This document shows, one piece after another, positions 7,399 through 15,139 of a stretch of 47,116 nucleotides of DNA (positions are counted from its first letter, which is position 1; each line of letters opens with the position of its first letter). Origin of the DNA: a virus (lineage: Duplodnaviria; Caudoviricetes); the IMG/VR virus record IMGVR_UViG_3300010361_000017, positions 1 through 47,116 of that record; one strand, given 5' to 3'. The notes beneath the pieces are model-generated. The model was not told where the DNA came from. It did not search any database and worked only from the letters and a program-made list of their open reading frames with translations. Position numbers and translations under genes: made by a program.

Positions 7399-8479
7399 TG
7401 TGTAGTTCTCCTTTGTGGGTGGTTAGATTTTGCTTCAGTCCTTCTTCGATGACGTAGTCCTTAATCTCATCTGGCGTTTCGCTCCACCGAAGTCCTTGGC
7501 GCCAAAGTAGGTCGAAGTATCCGATGTCGTGGTAACGGAGCGGGTCTAGTGCAAAGTTACTGAATAGGCTCGGGTCGTCCCACTCCAGACAAAGACCTTG
7601 GTACCAACAGGTGCGGTTGTAGTCGGTGCAGGCACGTGGACTGACACGAAACGATAGGTTTGGGTCCCGACCGCTACTCAGCTTGGCTTCGATCTCCGTA
7701 CCGATATCAACCGCCCAGTGGAGCATCCTTTGATAGTCCTGATGGACACGTGGATAGGGTTCGCTTTCGATGGTGACGTTGTCTGCGCTTTGGTTCCTCC
7801 ACGGCATGTTCAGCTTGTTGATGATAAAGCCACGTGGGGTAATCCCGGTGCTTTCCTGAACTCCCCAGCAGTATAGGGTACCTTGCATGTCGAGAAGGTA
7901 CTGCTTGAAAAAGATGTCCTGTTTCAATCCGCTGAACTTGTGGTCTAGGAGCCAGATCGAACCGTGTGTCATCGAGATCACTGCATCGGTCACTCCGGCT
8001 AGGTAGTAGGGGACCTGGCAGCTGTAACCCTGAGGCCAGGCACCGGGACAGACGTGGTAGGCCGGACCTCCGCCAAGGCTACGGAGGAGCTGTTCGTGAA
8101 GGAACCAACAGTGATGTGTGGTACCCGGGATGGGTACAAGGAAGTTCACTTCCGTTCGGAGAACGGTGTAGTCCAATCGGCTGTACCGCTCAGCATACTG
8201 TCGGACACCTTCACGTGCTGAGATTATGGCACGTTCCCACTCCGGGACTTCTTCTGCGAGGAGGTCTGCGGCGTCCATCTCCTCACGGATTTCGTGTTCG
8301 GCGAGTTCCACGGCTTCGTGAACATTACCTGTTTTGTGAAAGTGTGCAATTCCACGGTGACCACCCGATCCCCGTTCGAGGGTCACCATCGGAGGCGGGC
8401 GAAGCCGACGGATGTGTCGGTTTAGATATTTGTGCTGGCACTGTTCGTACAGGTCCAGCGTGCTGAAGTTCATGATCAT
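7388..8479 (-). CDS. PD-(D/E)XK exonuclease (RecB/Cas4-like, Cys-containing)
   Basis: FSTL..YEQC, RGSGGH, TEVNF, GVTDAVI, LLDHKF, QGTLY, C-terminal C..C..C. Confidence 0.8.
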   Translation of the reverse strand: MIMNFSTLDLYEQCQHKYLNRHIRRLRPPPMVTLERGSGGHRGIAHFHKTGNVHEAVELAEHEIREEMDAADLLAEEVPEWERAIISAREGVRQYAERYSRLDYTVLRTEVNFLVPIPGTTHHCWFLHEQLLRSLGGGPAYHVCPGAWPQGYSCQVPYYLAGVTDAVISMTHGSIWLLDHKFSGLKQDIFFKQYLLDMQGTLYCWGVQESTGITPRGFIINKLNMPWRNQSADNVTIESEPYPRVHQDYQRMLHWAVDIGTEIEAKLSSGRDPNLSFRVSPRACTDYNRTCWYQGLCLEWDDPSLFSNFALDPLRYHDIGYFDLLWRQGLRWSETPDEIKDYVIEEGLKQNLTTHKGELHNVK

Positions 8480-8688
8480 GCGTCAAGGTCCTCCTTAAGG
8501 GTAACGTCTTGCATGCTGTGGTGGACGATACCACCGGCGGTGTTCTCGAGTAGTATCCGGTGGGTTGCTGCCTCAACCGAGCTGAGAAGGTCCCTGAGTG
8601 TGGATATGGCAGGTGTCTTGTCCTTCGGCCAGGAGATCCAGAACTTAACGGTTATGGTCACCTCGCGGTCATCCCAATACTTGCTCAT
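8476..8688 (-). CDS. hypothetical protein
   Basis: ATG 8688 (MSKYWDD) preceded by AAGGAG; ATGA overlap with the exonuclease gene. Confidence 0.6.
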   Translation of the reverse strand: MSKYWDDREVTITVKFWISWPKDKTPAISTLRDLLSSVEAATHRILLENTAGGIVHHSMQDVTLKEDLDA

Positions 8689-8726
8689 AAAGGTCTCCTT
8701 GAATTTCAAAGTCCTGTCTTGGTCAC

Positions 8727-8761
8727 AAAGGAAGGGGCCGTCACTGTGAGTTAACGGCCCC
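8727..8761 (-). terminator. putative intrinsic terminator/attenuator ahead of the replication operon
   Basis: 8-bp stem GGGGCCGT/ACGGCCCC followed by TTCCTTT on the minus strand; a second hairpin (TCAAGCG/CGCTTGA, ~8767-8793) lies just upstream. Confidence 0.5.
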
Positions 8762-8806
8762 ATCTGTCAAGCGACCTGATGCCCAGGAGCGCTTGAACAC
8801 CCACGG

Positions 8807-9094
8807 TTACTCGCTAGCTTCGGCTGCCTCCTTCAGCTGACCGATCAGCTTACCCTTGGCACGCTGTTTTGCTTCTGCGTCGATGGTCTCCCAGAGGCCC
8901 GCGGCAACCGCACGTTCCTTGAGGAGTTTGTAGCGTTCCCGCTGACGCTTCTGATACTCAGTGTTTCCCCCACGGAGCTTCTGCTTCATCTGTTGGGTGT
9001 GCTGACGCTCGCGGATCTTAAGGAGTTCCTTTTCGAGGTCCTCCTTTGTCATCTTGCTCATCTCTTCCTTAAGTTTTGCTTCGTCAACCGCCAT
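8807..9094 (-). CDS. hypothetical charged coiled-coil protein
   Basis: ATG 9094 after AAGGA; K/E/Q-rich helical sequence; first gene behind the 9170 promoter. Confidence 0.7.
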   Translation of the reverse strand: MAVDEAKLKEEMSKMTKEDLEKELLKIRERQHTQQMKQKLRGGNTEYQKRQRERYKLLKERAVAAGLWETIDAEAKQRAKGKLIGQLKEAAEASE

Positions 9095-9169
9095 GTTTGT
9101 CCTTTCCGACCCTGTAGGTCGCGAGAGGGAATATAGGGCACCTCTCACCCTGTTTTATGTTACCTGTAC

Positions 9170-9208
9170 ATTATATCACAACGAACTTCACAGAACAAGC
9201 CGGTACTG
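9170..9208 (-). promoter_or_regulatory. sigma70-type promoter with conserved upstream box
   Basis: TTGTTC-17 bp-TATAAT with extended TG; CAGTACCGGCTTGT shared with the 15496 promoter. Confidence 0.75.
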
Positions 9209-9243
9209 TGAGCTAAAGTACCGCCCAATTGTCCTCCTTTTGG

Positions 9244-9495
9244 TCAGACCCATTGGATGACAACCTGGATGTGATGCGGCCACGCTTCTGATTGGCCCTG
9301 CATCGGGGCGCTGGTCCGCTGGTCGCGGAGCGCGTGTTTCCTGATGTAGAGGTTATCGACTGGAAGGCCGTCTGGTTTCTCAGGGTCGTTCCAGTCCCAG
9401 CCGTACCGGATCATCTGTTTAGTCTCCCCGAAAAACGGTAAGCGAACAGTGACCGATTTTTGAGTGGCTGCAGCTCTTTGTGTTTCATCTGACAT
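9244..9495 (-). CDS. hypothetical protein
   Basis: 83 aa; AAGGAG SD. Confidence 0.7.
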   Translation of the reverse strand: MSDETQRAAATQKSVTVRLPFFGETKQMIRYGWDWNDPEKPDGLPVDNLYIRKHALRDQRTSAPMQGQSEAWPHHIQVVIQWV

Positions 9496-9922
9496 AGGTT
9501 ACTCCTTTTGGATTTAGATTAACTTCGAACTCGCCAACTTTCCTGTAACGTTTTCGTGACCATCTCTCCCATAACGTTCGGAGTTCTAGATCACGTGGTG
9601 TTTCAGGAGAGAAGCTTAGCAGTAGTTTAGGGTTAAAGTTACGGGTTGTCCCAACCTTCCCCTTCCTAAGAAAGTGGGAGTTGCGAATAGTGTAGACCCA
9701 CCATGCATCGGGAACGGACCCTGTGAGTTTGGTGGGACAAGGTTCAAGTCTTGCGGTTTTGCCGGTTAAACGGCTCCAACTCTGAACTGCATCCTCGATT
9801 TCAGATGAGACGAAAACCGCGTCGAAAAGCGGATGTCTGCTAACATACCACCAGCCACCCAGTCCCTCCCGACGAAGTATCCATCCGTGATAATCAACAC
9901 GTTCGATGATCGGTGTCTGCAT
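9485..9922 (-). CDS. hypothetical protein
   Basis: 145 aa; AGGAGGAGG SD. Confidence 0.7.
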   Translation of the reverse strand: MQTPIIERVDYHGWILRREGLGGWWYVSRHPLFDAVFVSSEIEDAVQSWSRLTGKTARLEPCPTKLTGSVPDAWWVYTIRNSHFLRKGKVGTTRNFNPKLLLSFSPETPRDLELRTLWERWSRKRYRKVGEFEVNLNPKGVTYVR

Positions 9923-9929
9923 CCTCCTC

Positions 9930-10190
9930 CTTATAAAAACGGAACTTGTGATTCACAAAACATCGTGTCTAGTCCGTTTTGCTTTTCGCGGACGTTGTCT
10001 AACACTTTTAGAATCAACGAGTTAGCGTGTTTTATGCCCTTCTTCCCGAATTTCAATCGATCTAATAGAAAAAGCAAATACATAGAAAAGAGAACAAGAA
10101 GGAACAAAACTATATCTCTCTATATTCTAAAACTGAATATAAGATATCATAGAACAAGTAAAATAGAGGGCACAACGTTCACTCCAAGAC
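9930..10190. other. AT-rich non-coding region, candidate replication origin, with IHF-like site
   Basis: Most AT-rich tract in the window, A-rich on the plus strand (10060-10170); AATCAACGAGTTA (10012-10024) fits WATCAAN4TTR; inverted repeat AAAACGGA/TCCGTTTT around palindrome TTGTGATTCACAA. Confidence 0.5.
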
Positions 10191-10193
10191 TTT

Positions 10194-10218
10194 GGAGGGG
10201 TCCTGTCACAACCCCTCC
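10194..10218. repeat. conserved-loop hairpin, copy 1
   Basis: GGAGGGGT-CCTGTCACA-ACCCCTCC; same loop at 14613-14635. Confidence 0.75.
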
Positions 10219-10229
10219 GGCGGTTTGGG

Positions 10230-10403
10230 TTACCTGCCGTTGCTGTAGTCGTCATCATCTGGGTCTGTCGGACCTGCAGGGACAAGTGCAGGCTCCCTTT
10301 CGGGTGCGTAGGCTGGTTCCGGCAGCGGAACAGGAATAGGCACCGGTACCGGGCTGAACACAGGCTCCGAGGTTCCGATCTTAGTCGTCCTTCCAGGGTT
10401 CAT
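10230..10403 (-). CDS. 57-aa proline-rich small protein (below ORF-track cutoff)
   Basis: MNPGRTTKIGTSEPVFSPVPVPIPVPLPEPAYAPEREPALVPAGPTDPDDDDYSNGR; ATGA overlap, AAGGAG upstream. Confidence 0.65.
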   Translation of the reverse strand: MNPGRTTKIGTSEPVFSPVPVPIPVPLPEPAYAPEREPALVPAGPTDPDDDDYSNGR

Positions 10404-11191
10404 ATCTTAAGGTCTCCTTCTTCAGGTGATGTATCGCCTTCGAATCCCCACCCGTCCTCAGCCGGGTCGTAGATCCGTAAGGGCTCGTAAACATAGATCG
10501 GTACCCTCCACTGCTTCAGGAAGTCAACATACCTGAAGTTAACACTGTGGAGGTAGAAGTTCCGTGGGTAACCATACTGTGCACGGACTGCCAGCTCACC
10601 TTGGACAAACCGTCCCCAGAGATTGACCTGACCGTACACGGCACCCTTCACGTGGGCGTACTGCGCCTTAGGTTCGTACTCTGCATAGATCCCACTACTG
10701 TTGTCTTGTTCAGGGGTCCTGTCCGCCTCTAACGGTTGAAGCGGCGTCCAGATCGCTCGTTGCTGCACTGCGCTAACGAGTCGGAGGTAATCTGGCGCAC
10801 TTGGACCTACCACGTCTTCCGCGACAATCCATGTACGCCACCCTACCAGGTACTCTGTCTCCGGTGTGGTGCAGGGTGTCACAGGCACCGGTACCGGTGC
10901 TACCGAAAAGGGCCTAACCGGCGGCGGATTATGTCTCCACCTCATGTTGTACATCTGACGGTAGAGCACCGCTCGGTTATACCCCAGTCGTGGTGCCTCC
11001 GACGGGAAGAGTCGTGCAAGTCCTGCAAGATACTTTTCCGCTGTGTTATACAACGGCTTACTTTGGAGGGGTGGATCCCCACGTTTCCAGACCTCCAACG
11101 GTGGGAGATCAGCCCGTCCGGCAATCTCAAGCTGAATCCCACTTTTCGGGTGCCGTTGACTTACCAATCGTACCGTAAACATCTGCATCAT
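10400..11191 (-). CDS. hypothetical protein with a GWRxW...GIYA...LWG...RA domain
   Basis: 263 aa; ATGA-coupled on both sides; motif pattern recurs in phage/bacterial hypotheticals (from memory). Confidence 0.75.
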   Translation of the reverse strand: MMQMFTVRLVSQRHPKSGIQLEIAGRADLPPLEVWKRGDPPLQSKPLYNTAEKYLAGLARLFPSEAPRLGYNRAVLYRQMYNMRWRHNPPPVRPFSVAPVPVPVTPCTTPETEYLVGWRTWIVAEDVVGPSAPDYLRLVSAVQQRAIWTPLQPLEADRTPEQDNSSGIYAEYEPKAQYAHVKGAVYGQVNLWGRFVQGELAVRAQYGYPRNFYLHSVNFRYVDFLKQWRVPIYVYEPLRIYDPAEDGWGFEGDTSPEEGDLKI

Positions 11192-11499
11192 TCACCCTCC
11201 CCCTTTCTGGCAAGTTCCACGAGCGCCTCGGCAATCTCCTTTTCGGTACAGCGTGCCTGTGTACGTCCATACCGTTCCCTGAGGTGCTGATTAAGGCGTT
11301 TGGTCAACTCGAGCCTCTTCTTCCAGCTCTTCCGGTGATAATCCTGCTGATATCCAGCCCCATAGAGCCACCGATTAACGATCTCGGTGACCTCCTCTGG
11401 TGTGAATACCCTGAGTACCGCTGGTAGGTCTGGGAACGCAGGATCCCCTGCAGGATCCTTCGGTATCACCCGGCCTTGCAATCGTATCTCAACCTTCAT
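11188..11499 (-). CDS. hypothetical protein
   Basis: 103 aa; GGGAGG SD. Confidence 0.75.
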   Translation of the reverse strand: MKVEIRLQGRVIPKDPAGDPAFPDLPAVLRVFTPEEVTEIVNRWLYGAGYQQDYHRKSWKKRLELTKRLNQHLRERYGRTQARCTEKEIAEALVELARKGEGE

Positions 11500-11529
11500 T
11501 GCGTTGCCTCCCTTTATATGTGATGTATC

Positions 11530-11712
11530 CTACCGTCCGATCGGTCTGATCTTAATCCTGACATCCGTTGCATGACCCGTTTCGGCGGTATGTGCCACCG
11601 CCTCGAGGACCTCCACTCCGCGCCAGCCACACCCACATGCCGCAGAGATCTGGACCCCGGGTGTACTGTCAATGGTGCGTACCTGCTCCCTAATCGTTAC
11701 CACTGTTGCCAT
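11530..11712 (-). CDS. small putative zinc-binding protein (CxC...HxxxxxH)
   Basis: ATG 11712 after GAGGAGG; ACGCGW...AHTAETGH. Confidence 0.65.
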   Translation of the reverse strand: MATVVTIREQVRTIDSTPGVQISAACGCGWRGVEVLEAVAHTAETGHATDVRIKIRPIGR

Positions 11713-11842
11713 CGTCCGTTTCCTCCTCAATGATTTCGTGGCATTCGCATGCGCACGTCCGTTCCGTTCCCTGGCAATCCGGGCACCTCCCTTCCGCACA
11801 TTCTGTCTGGATGATAGGCACCTCACTGTTCCAGTTCATCAT
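11690..11842 (-). CDS. 50-aa Cys-rich mini-protein (below ORF-track cutoff)
   Basis: MMNWNSEVPIIQTECAEGRCPDCQGTERTCACECHEIIEEETDDGNSGND; GAGG SD. Confidence 0.6.
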   Translation of the reverse strand: MMNWNSEVPIIQTECAEGRCPDCQGTERTCACECHEIIEEETDDGNSGND

Positions 11843-12116
11843 GGCACCTCTCCCAGTCCTGATCTATATCGAACTCCCACTCCGGGTGAACGGTACCAAT
11901 CGCTTGGTACACTACCCTCAGGACCTTCTCTACCTCCTCGCAGTACTCCTCAGCACAATAAACCGCACACCAGACCCTCTGTTGTGGTCGCGTCGGTATT
12001 CTTGTCTCCACCTCAAATCTCCCACTGTGTTGATTTCTCAGTAGGTCATTGAGCTCGTCTGCTGTCAACTGTTTTGGAGGCCCATTTGGCGGTGTGACAA
12101 AGTACATCCCTTTCAT
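11823..12116 (-). CDS. hypothetical protein
   Basis: 97 aa; GAGGTG SD. Confidence 0.6.
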   Translation of the reverse strand: MKGMYFVTPPNGPPKQLTADELNDLLRNQHSGRFEVETRIPTRPQQRVWCAVYCAEEYCEEVEKVLRVVYQAIGTVHPEWEFDIDQDWERCHDELEQ

Positions 12117-12205
12117 TACACATCACCTCTCTCTCCTGTGTTCCCTTAAGGTTGGGTATACAGGCGGGAGAACGTCTGGCAGCCGCTCTCACCGTCCAAA
12201 CACCA

Positions 12206-12580
12206 CTACGTACTGGCAGTTGGATCGAGTTCACCACCTGGATGGAACCTATCTAGCTTTCGGTCCTCCAGCAGGCTCCCTCTACCAACCAGTCCTGTCA
12301 ATCTCTTCTCTCCCTCCTGCTCATCCGCAGCTCCCCTCTCCGGCTGTCCAAAGACGCGGTCCTGACAAGCCTGACAGAGCCCACTGATCGCATACTCCCT
12401 CCTGCTGAGCAGGTCCCTAAAGGCCACCGCTGGCTGTCCACACCCAATTGGTGGCTGGATACATCTGTCCGACTCCACTGCCTCCACCCGTGGCGGCTTG
12501 TCACCCTCCTTATGCCCAGGATTGAGTATGTGCCCTATCACACTCTCAACCCTCGGATGTTTCACGCTTGCTTGTGCCAT
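12206..12580 (-). CDS. hypothetical protein with C..C...ISGLCQxCQD zinc-binding motif
   Basis: CIQPPIGC...FRDLLSRREYAISGLCQACQDRVFG; GGAGG SD. Confidence 0.7.
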   Translation of the reverse strand: MAQASVKHPRVESVIGHILNPGHKEGDKPPRVEAVESDRCIQPPIGCGQPAVAFRDLLSRREYAISGLCQACQDRVFGQPERGAADEQEGEKRLTGLVGRGSLLEDRKLDRFHPGGELDPTAST

Positions 12581-12673
12581 GTTACATCCTCCATCATCGC
12601 CGGACTTCCGCGTGCCGGTTACGTCCCACTAAGCTTCTTCTCTTCCCTCATCGCCTTAATCCCTTCAAAGGCA

Positions 12674-12934
12674 TCAAATATTCTTCATCCCGCGAAACGC
12701 CTCATCAACCCGTTGTTGCCACTCAGATTGAGGGAAACTGCGAGCGTAGAGAAGAGCGATAAGCTCACCGACCCCAAAACCACCGCGGCAGTTACCACTA
12801 ATCATGGCTTCCTGTGGCCGAAATACCTTGGAGTACACTTCGTAGGCTCGGAGCGTTACCACCTGTGGGCACACGGCAGCTTCCCACTGAGGACCCTTGT
12901 GCCTTTGCACGGGATGAACTGGAATTTCACTCAT
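12674..12934 (-). CDS. hypothetical phage protein
   Basis: ATG 12934 after GGAGG; AYEVY...RGGFGVGEL motif. Confidence 0.7.
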   Translation of the reverse strand: MSEIPVHPVQRHKGPQWEAAVCPQVVTLRAYEVYSKVFRPQEAMISGNCRGGFGVGELIALLYARSFPQSEWQQRVDEAFRGMKNI

Positions 12935-13202
12935 AAATTCTAACCTCCGCCGCCGCTTTTCCCTGTGGGTTCCACCATACCAGTGGTGCCTCACCATGAA
13001 CTACCTCCACCGCTACCCTCCCGCCTGCTTGGTCCCTCCTCCACCTGACCTCCACATGTGTCTGCCGGAACCCTACTAGCTCCCTCACTTGCTCCCTCGT
13101 CAGGTCCCTCACCTCACCGTTACCAACCTGAACGCGGCATACCGGCCCCGGCGGGGTCGTCCACACTCTGATCATCTCGCCTCCTTGTTGTTCCCTTAAC
13201 AT
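12927..13202 (-). CDS. hypothetical protein (two in-frame starts, each with AAGGAGG)
   Basis: Duplicated ACAAGGAGGCGAG before MLREQ and MIRVW. Confidence 0.65.
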   Translation of the reverse strand: MLREQQGGEMIRVWTTPPGPVCRVQVGNGEVRDLTREQVRELVGFRQTHVEVRWRRDQAGGRVAVEVVHGEAPLVWWNPQGKAAAEVRIYE

Positions 13203-13227
13203 ATACCGCTCGCCTCCTTGTGTTCAA

Positions 13228-13249
13228 ATTATACCACACACCTTGTCAA
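13228..13249 (-). promoter_or_regulatory. extended -10 promoter
   Basis: TGGTATAAT shortly upstream of the SD; a TTGACA lies only 10 bp upstream of the -10 (non-canonical spacing). Confidence 0.55.
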
Positions 13250-13300
13250 AGCGCCAGCGGGAAGTGGGACCCTTACCGGCATCCCACCCTCTCTCGGCCT

Positions 13301-13564
13301 CTACTCCTCAGCCGCCTCATCCGTCGCCAGCGCAGCCGCCTCATGCTCCTTCAAGAGCTGCATTGCAAGCTTGATCGTCTCCTGCCGCTTCACCTGGGAC
13401 CGGAGATGAGACTGATTCGAAGCGACGGCCCGGCGGACGAGCTCCACGACCTGCACATCGCCGATCGCCTTACGAAGCCCCTCAAGCGTGATGCCACCGT
13501 TTGCGAAGGCCGCGCTCAGCTGGGTGTAGGTGCGCTTCTCAACAACAACCTTAGGTGTTTCCAT
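13301..13564 (-). CDS. hypothetical protein
   Basis: ATG 13564 (METPKV) after GAGGA. Confidence 0.7.
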   Translation of the reverse strand: METPKVVVEKRTYTQLSAAFANGGITLEGLRKAIGDVQVVELVRRAVASNQSHLRSQVKRQETIKLAMQLLKEHEAAALATDEAAEE

Positions 13565-13619
13565 GTTATCCTCTACCTGCACAACGGTAAGCCGTAGCGT
13601 GTTCACCAACGTGACATGT

Positions 13620-13890
13620 GCTTTCGGTCGTCCCGCTGTGCGTGTCGTCTACTAAACTGCTTCTAATATATATTTAGCAGCATCTCGCGCATCACCCTGC
13701 GAGCGAGACGGGTGGCTCGGCTGGCGGCGCTTTGCTGTCCGCGGGACTTAGACGGTGCCCCAGTGAGTCGAGTTGTCGCGTGATACTTCGAGGTGAGGTC
13801 GTCGCCGAGAGAGCGTGACAGTGCGAGGCCAACTCAGCCCACTGTGTTGCTCTCCGAGACTCACGCCTCGGGCTCTTCACCTTGTTTTCT
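13620..13890 (-). ncRNA. candidate structured non-coding RNA
   Basis: Multiple stems: CCGAGGC-GTGA-GTCTCGG (GNRA loop), GAGAGC/GCTCTC enclosing ACAGTG/CACTGT, TCTCGC/GCGAGA with possible pseudoknot, CTGCT/AGCAG; no convincing ORF. Confidence 0.45.
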
Positions 13891-13933
13891 CACGCTCGGT
13901 CATAGTGTCAAAGGCATCACCTCCTCTGGTTGT

Positions 13934-13960
13934 GGGCAGTTTAACGTCGTGCCCAGGACG
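13934..13960 (-). repeat. 27-nt H-type pseudoknot element, copy A
   Basis: CGTC CT GGGC AC GACG TTAAACT GCCC, 16 nt before an ATG with GAGGAGGTG SD. Confidence 0.8.
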
Positions 13961-13965
13961 CGGAT

Positions 13966-14169
13966 CTATTCGATCCTGTCGTGAATCCAGGTTTCTGCTT
14001 CGTCCGTACTATGGAACGTCCTCAGGACCTGAGTGGTGTCAGGTACATCCTCGAAGGCTAACTTGTATCCGTTACCTTCGATGGTTACCTCACGGACGTA
14101 TGCAAGGACCTCGTACACCTTCCTCGGCATACTCTTTCCACTGACAAACAACCTTTTACCTTTACTCAT
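13966..14169 (-). CDS. hypothetical early protein
   Basis: 67 aa; GAGGTG SD. Confidence 0.7.
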   Translation of the reverse strand: MSKGKRLFVSGKSMPRKVYEVLAYVREVTIEGNGYKLAFEDVPDTTQVLRTFHSTDEAETWIHDRIE

Positions 14170-14191
14170 CTACACACCTCATTGTGAATTA

Positions 14192-14218
14192 GAGCCTTTT
14201 AACGACTTGCTCAGGTCG
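14192..14218 (-). repeat. 27-nt H-type pseudoknot element, copy B
   Basis: CGAC CT GAGC AA GTCG TTAAAAG GCTC. Confidence 0.8.
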
Positions 14219-14226
14219 TGAGTCAT

Positions 14227-14538
14227 CTAGCTGTTCTCGAGCACCTTGTTCATCTCTACCCGAGTAGCCCAACCGAGCTTCTCAGCGAACTCAGGATCGA
14301 CCTGAGCACGACGAAGGAGCATCATTGCATCCTTCATCTCAGCCTTCGCCTTAGTATGGTGCATCTTGCTATGGCGAATGGTGTAGCCACCCTTGAACAT
14401 CAGGTAGCACACCTGGAAGTCGCTGAGCTTAGCAGCTTCGCGGAGCTTCTGGAGACTGAAGACGTTGGCGTTCTTCTGCCGCTGCCACTCAGTCTCAAGC
14501 GCCACGATCTGACTCAAATTGACATAAGGTTCCTGCAT
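14227..14538 (-). CDS. hypothetical early protein
   Basis: ATG 14538 (MQEPYV) after AGGAG. Confidence 0.7.
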   Translation of the reverse strand: MQEPYVNLSQIVALETEWQRQKNANVFSLQKLREAAKLSDFQVCYLMFKGGYTIRHSKMHHTKAKAEMKDAMMLLRRAQVDPEFAEKLGWATRVEMNKVLENS

Positions 14539-14612
14539 TGTATCATCTCCTGTGCGGTGCACCCCTTGGCTGGGCATGCGTTGCACGGTTCGGTCTGTAG
14601 AAGCACCGACGT

Positions 14613-14635
14613 AAGGGCTCCTGTCACAAGCCCTT
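14613..14635. repeat. conserved-loop hairpin, copy 2
   Basis: AAGGGCT-CCTGTCACA-AGCCCTT. Confidence 0.75.
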
Positions 14636-14645
14636 CGTGTCGAGG

Positions 14646-15080
14646 CTACCTGACCTCTTCTATCTCATCGTTAGTCAACTCGACTTTGTGTCCGTCTTCG
14701 TACACACGGAAGCACTTACGTTCCGTGACCTCCTCGCACTTAACGGTCCAGTTGCAAGGATAGTTTCTGATTTCCACACGAATGCGGTTTGAGTAACCCC
14801 ACTCAATGAGGAACCAGACTGTAGTGGGAAAGTTAGGATCCCTAGTTACCTTTGCACCACATGCAGCCACCATAGTCCAGTGACGATATATCGGATCGTT
14901 CTCTGGTGATCCTGCTCTGCCGTGGTAGGGTAGCTCTAGGTCTATCCTAACGTAAGGGCTGTCTGTGATCTGCATAGTAACTATGTTGAGACTTAAGGGA
15001 CTGTCCTCAAGTTTCTTCATTAGTTTATTGACAGCCTCAGAGACCTTACCCACTATGTTGTTGTACATCATGATGTTCAT
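14646..15080 (-). CDS. hypothetical early protein
   Basis: 144 aa; AGGTG SD. Confidence 0.7.
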   Translation of the reverse strand: MNIMMYNNIVGKVSEAVNKLMKKLEDSPLSLNIVTMQITDSPYVRIDLELPYHGRAGSPENDPIYRHWTMVAACGAKVTRDPNFPTTVWFLIEWGYSNRIRVEIRNYPCNWTVKCEEVTERKCFRVYEDGHKVELTNDEIEEVR

Positions 15081-15103
15081 GTTATCACCTATGTGTTGAA
15101 ATA

Positions 15104-15130
15104 GAGCCTTTTACTGTCATGCTCAGGACG
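15104..15130 (-). repeat. 27-nt H-type pseudoknot element, copy C
   Basis: CGTC CT GAGC AT GACA GTAAAAG GCTC. Confidence 0.8.
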
Positions 15131-15139
15131 CGAGTTGTG

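Noticed and set aside
7388-8479. Cas4 / CRISPR-associated gene
   Set aside because: No array or other cas genes; context with AAA_24 and SSB fits a phage recombination nuclease.
9833-10339. 168-aa plus-strand ORF across the AT-rich region
   Set aside because: Antisense to flanking genes, no SD, compositionally biased.
10430-10455. tRNA T-loop-like TTCGAATCCC
   Set aside because: Inside a CDS; no cloverleaf.
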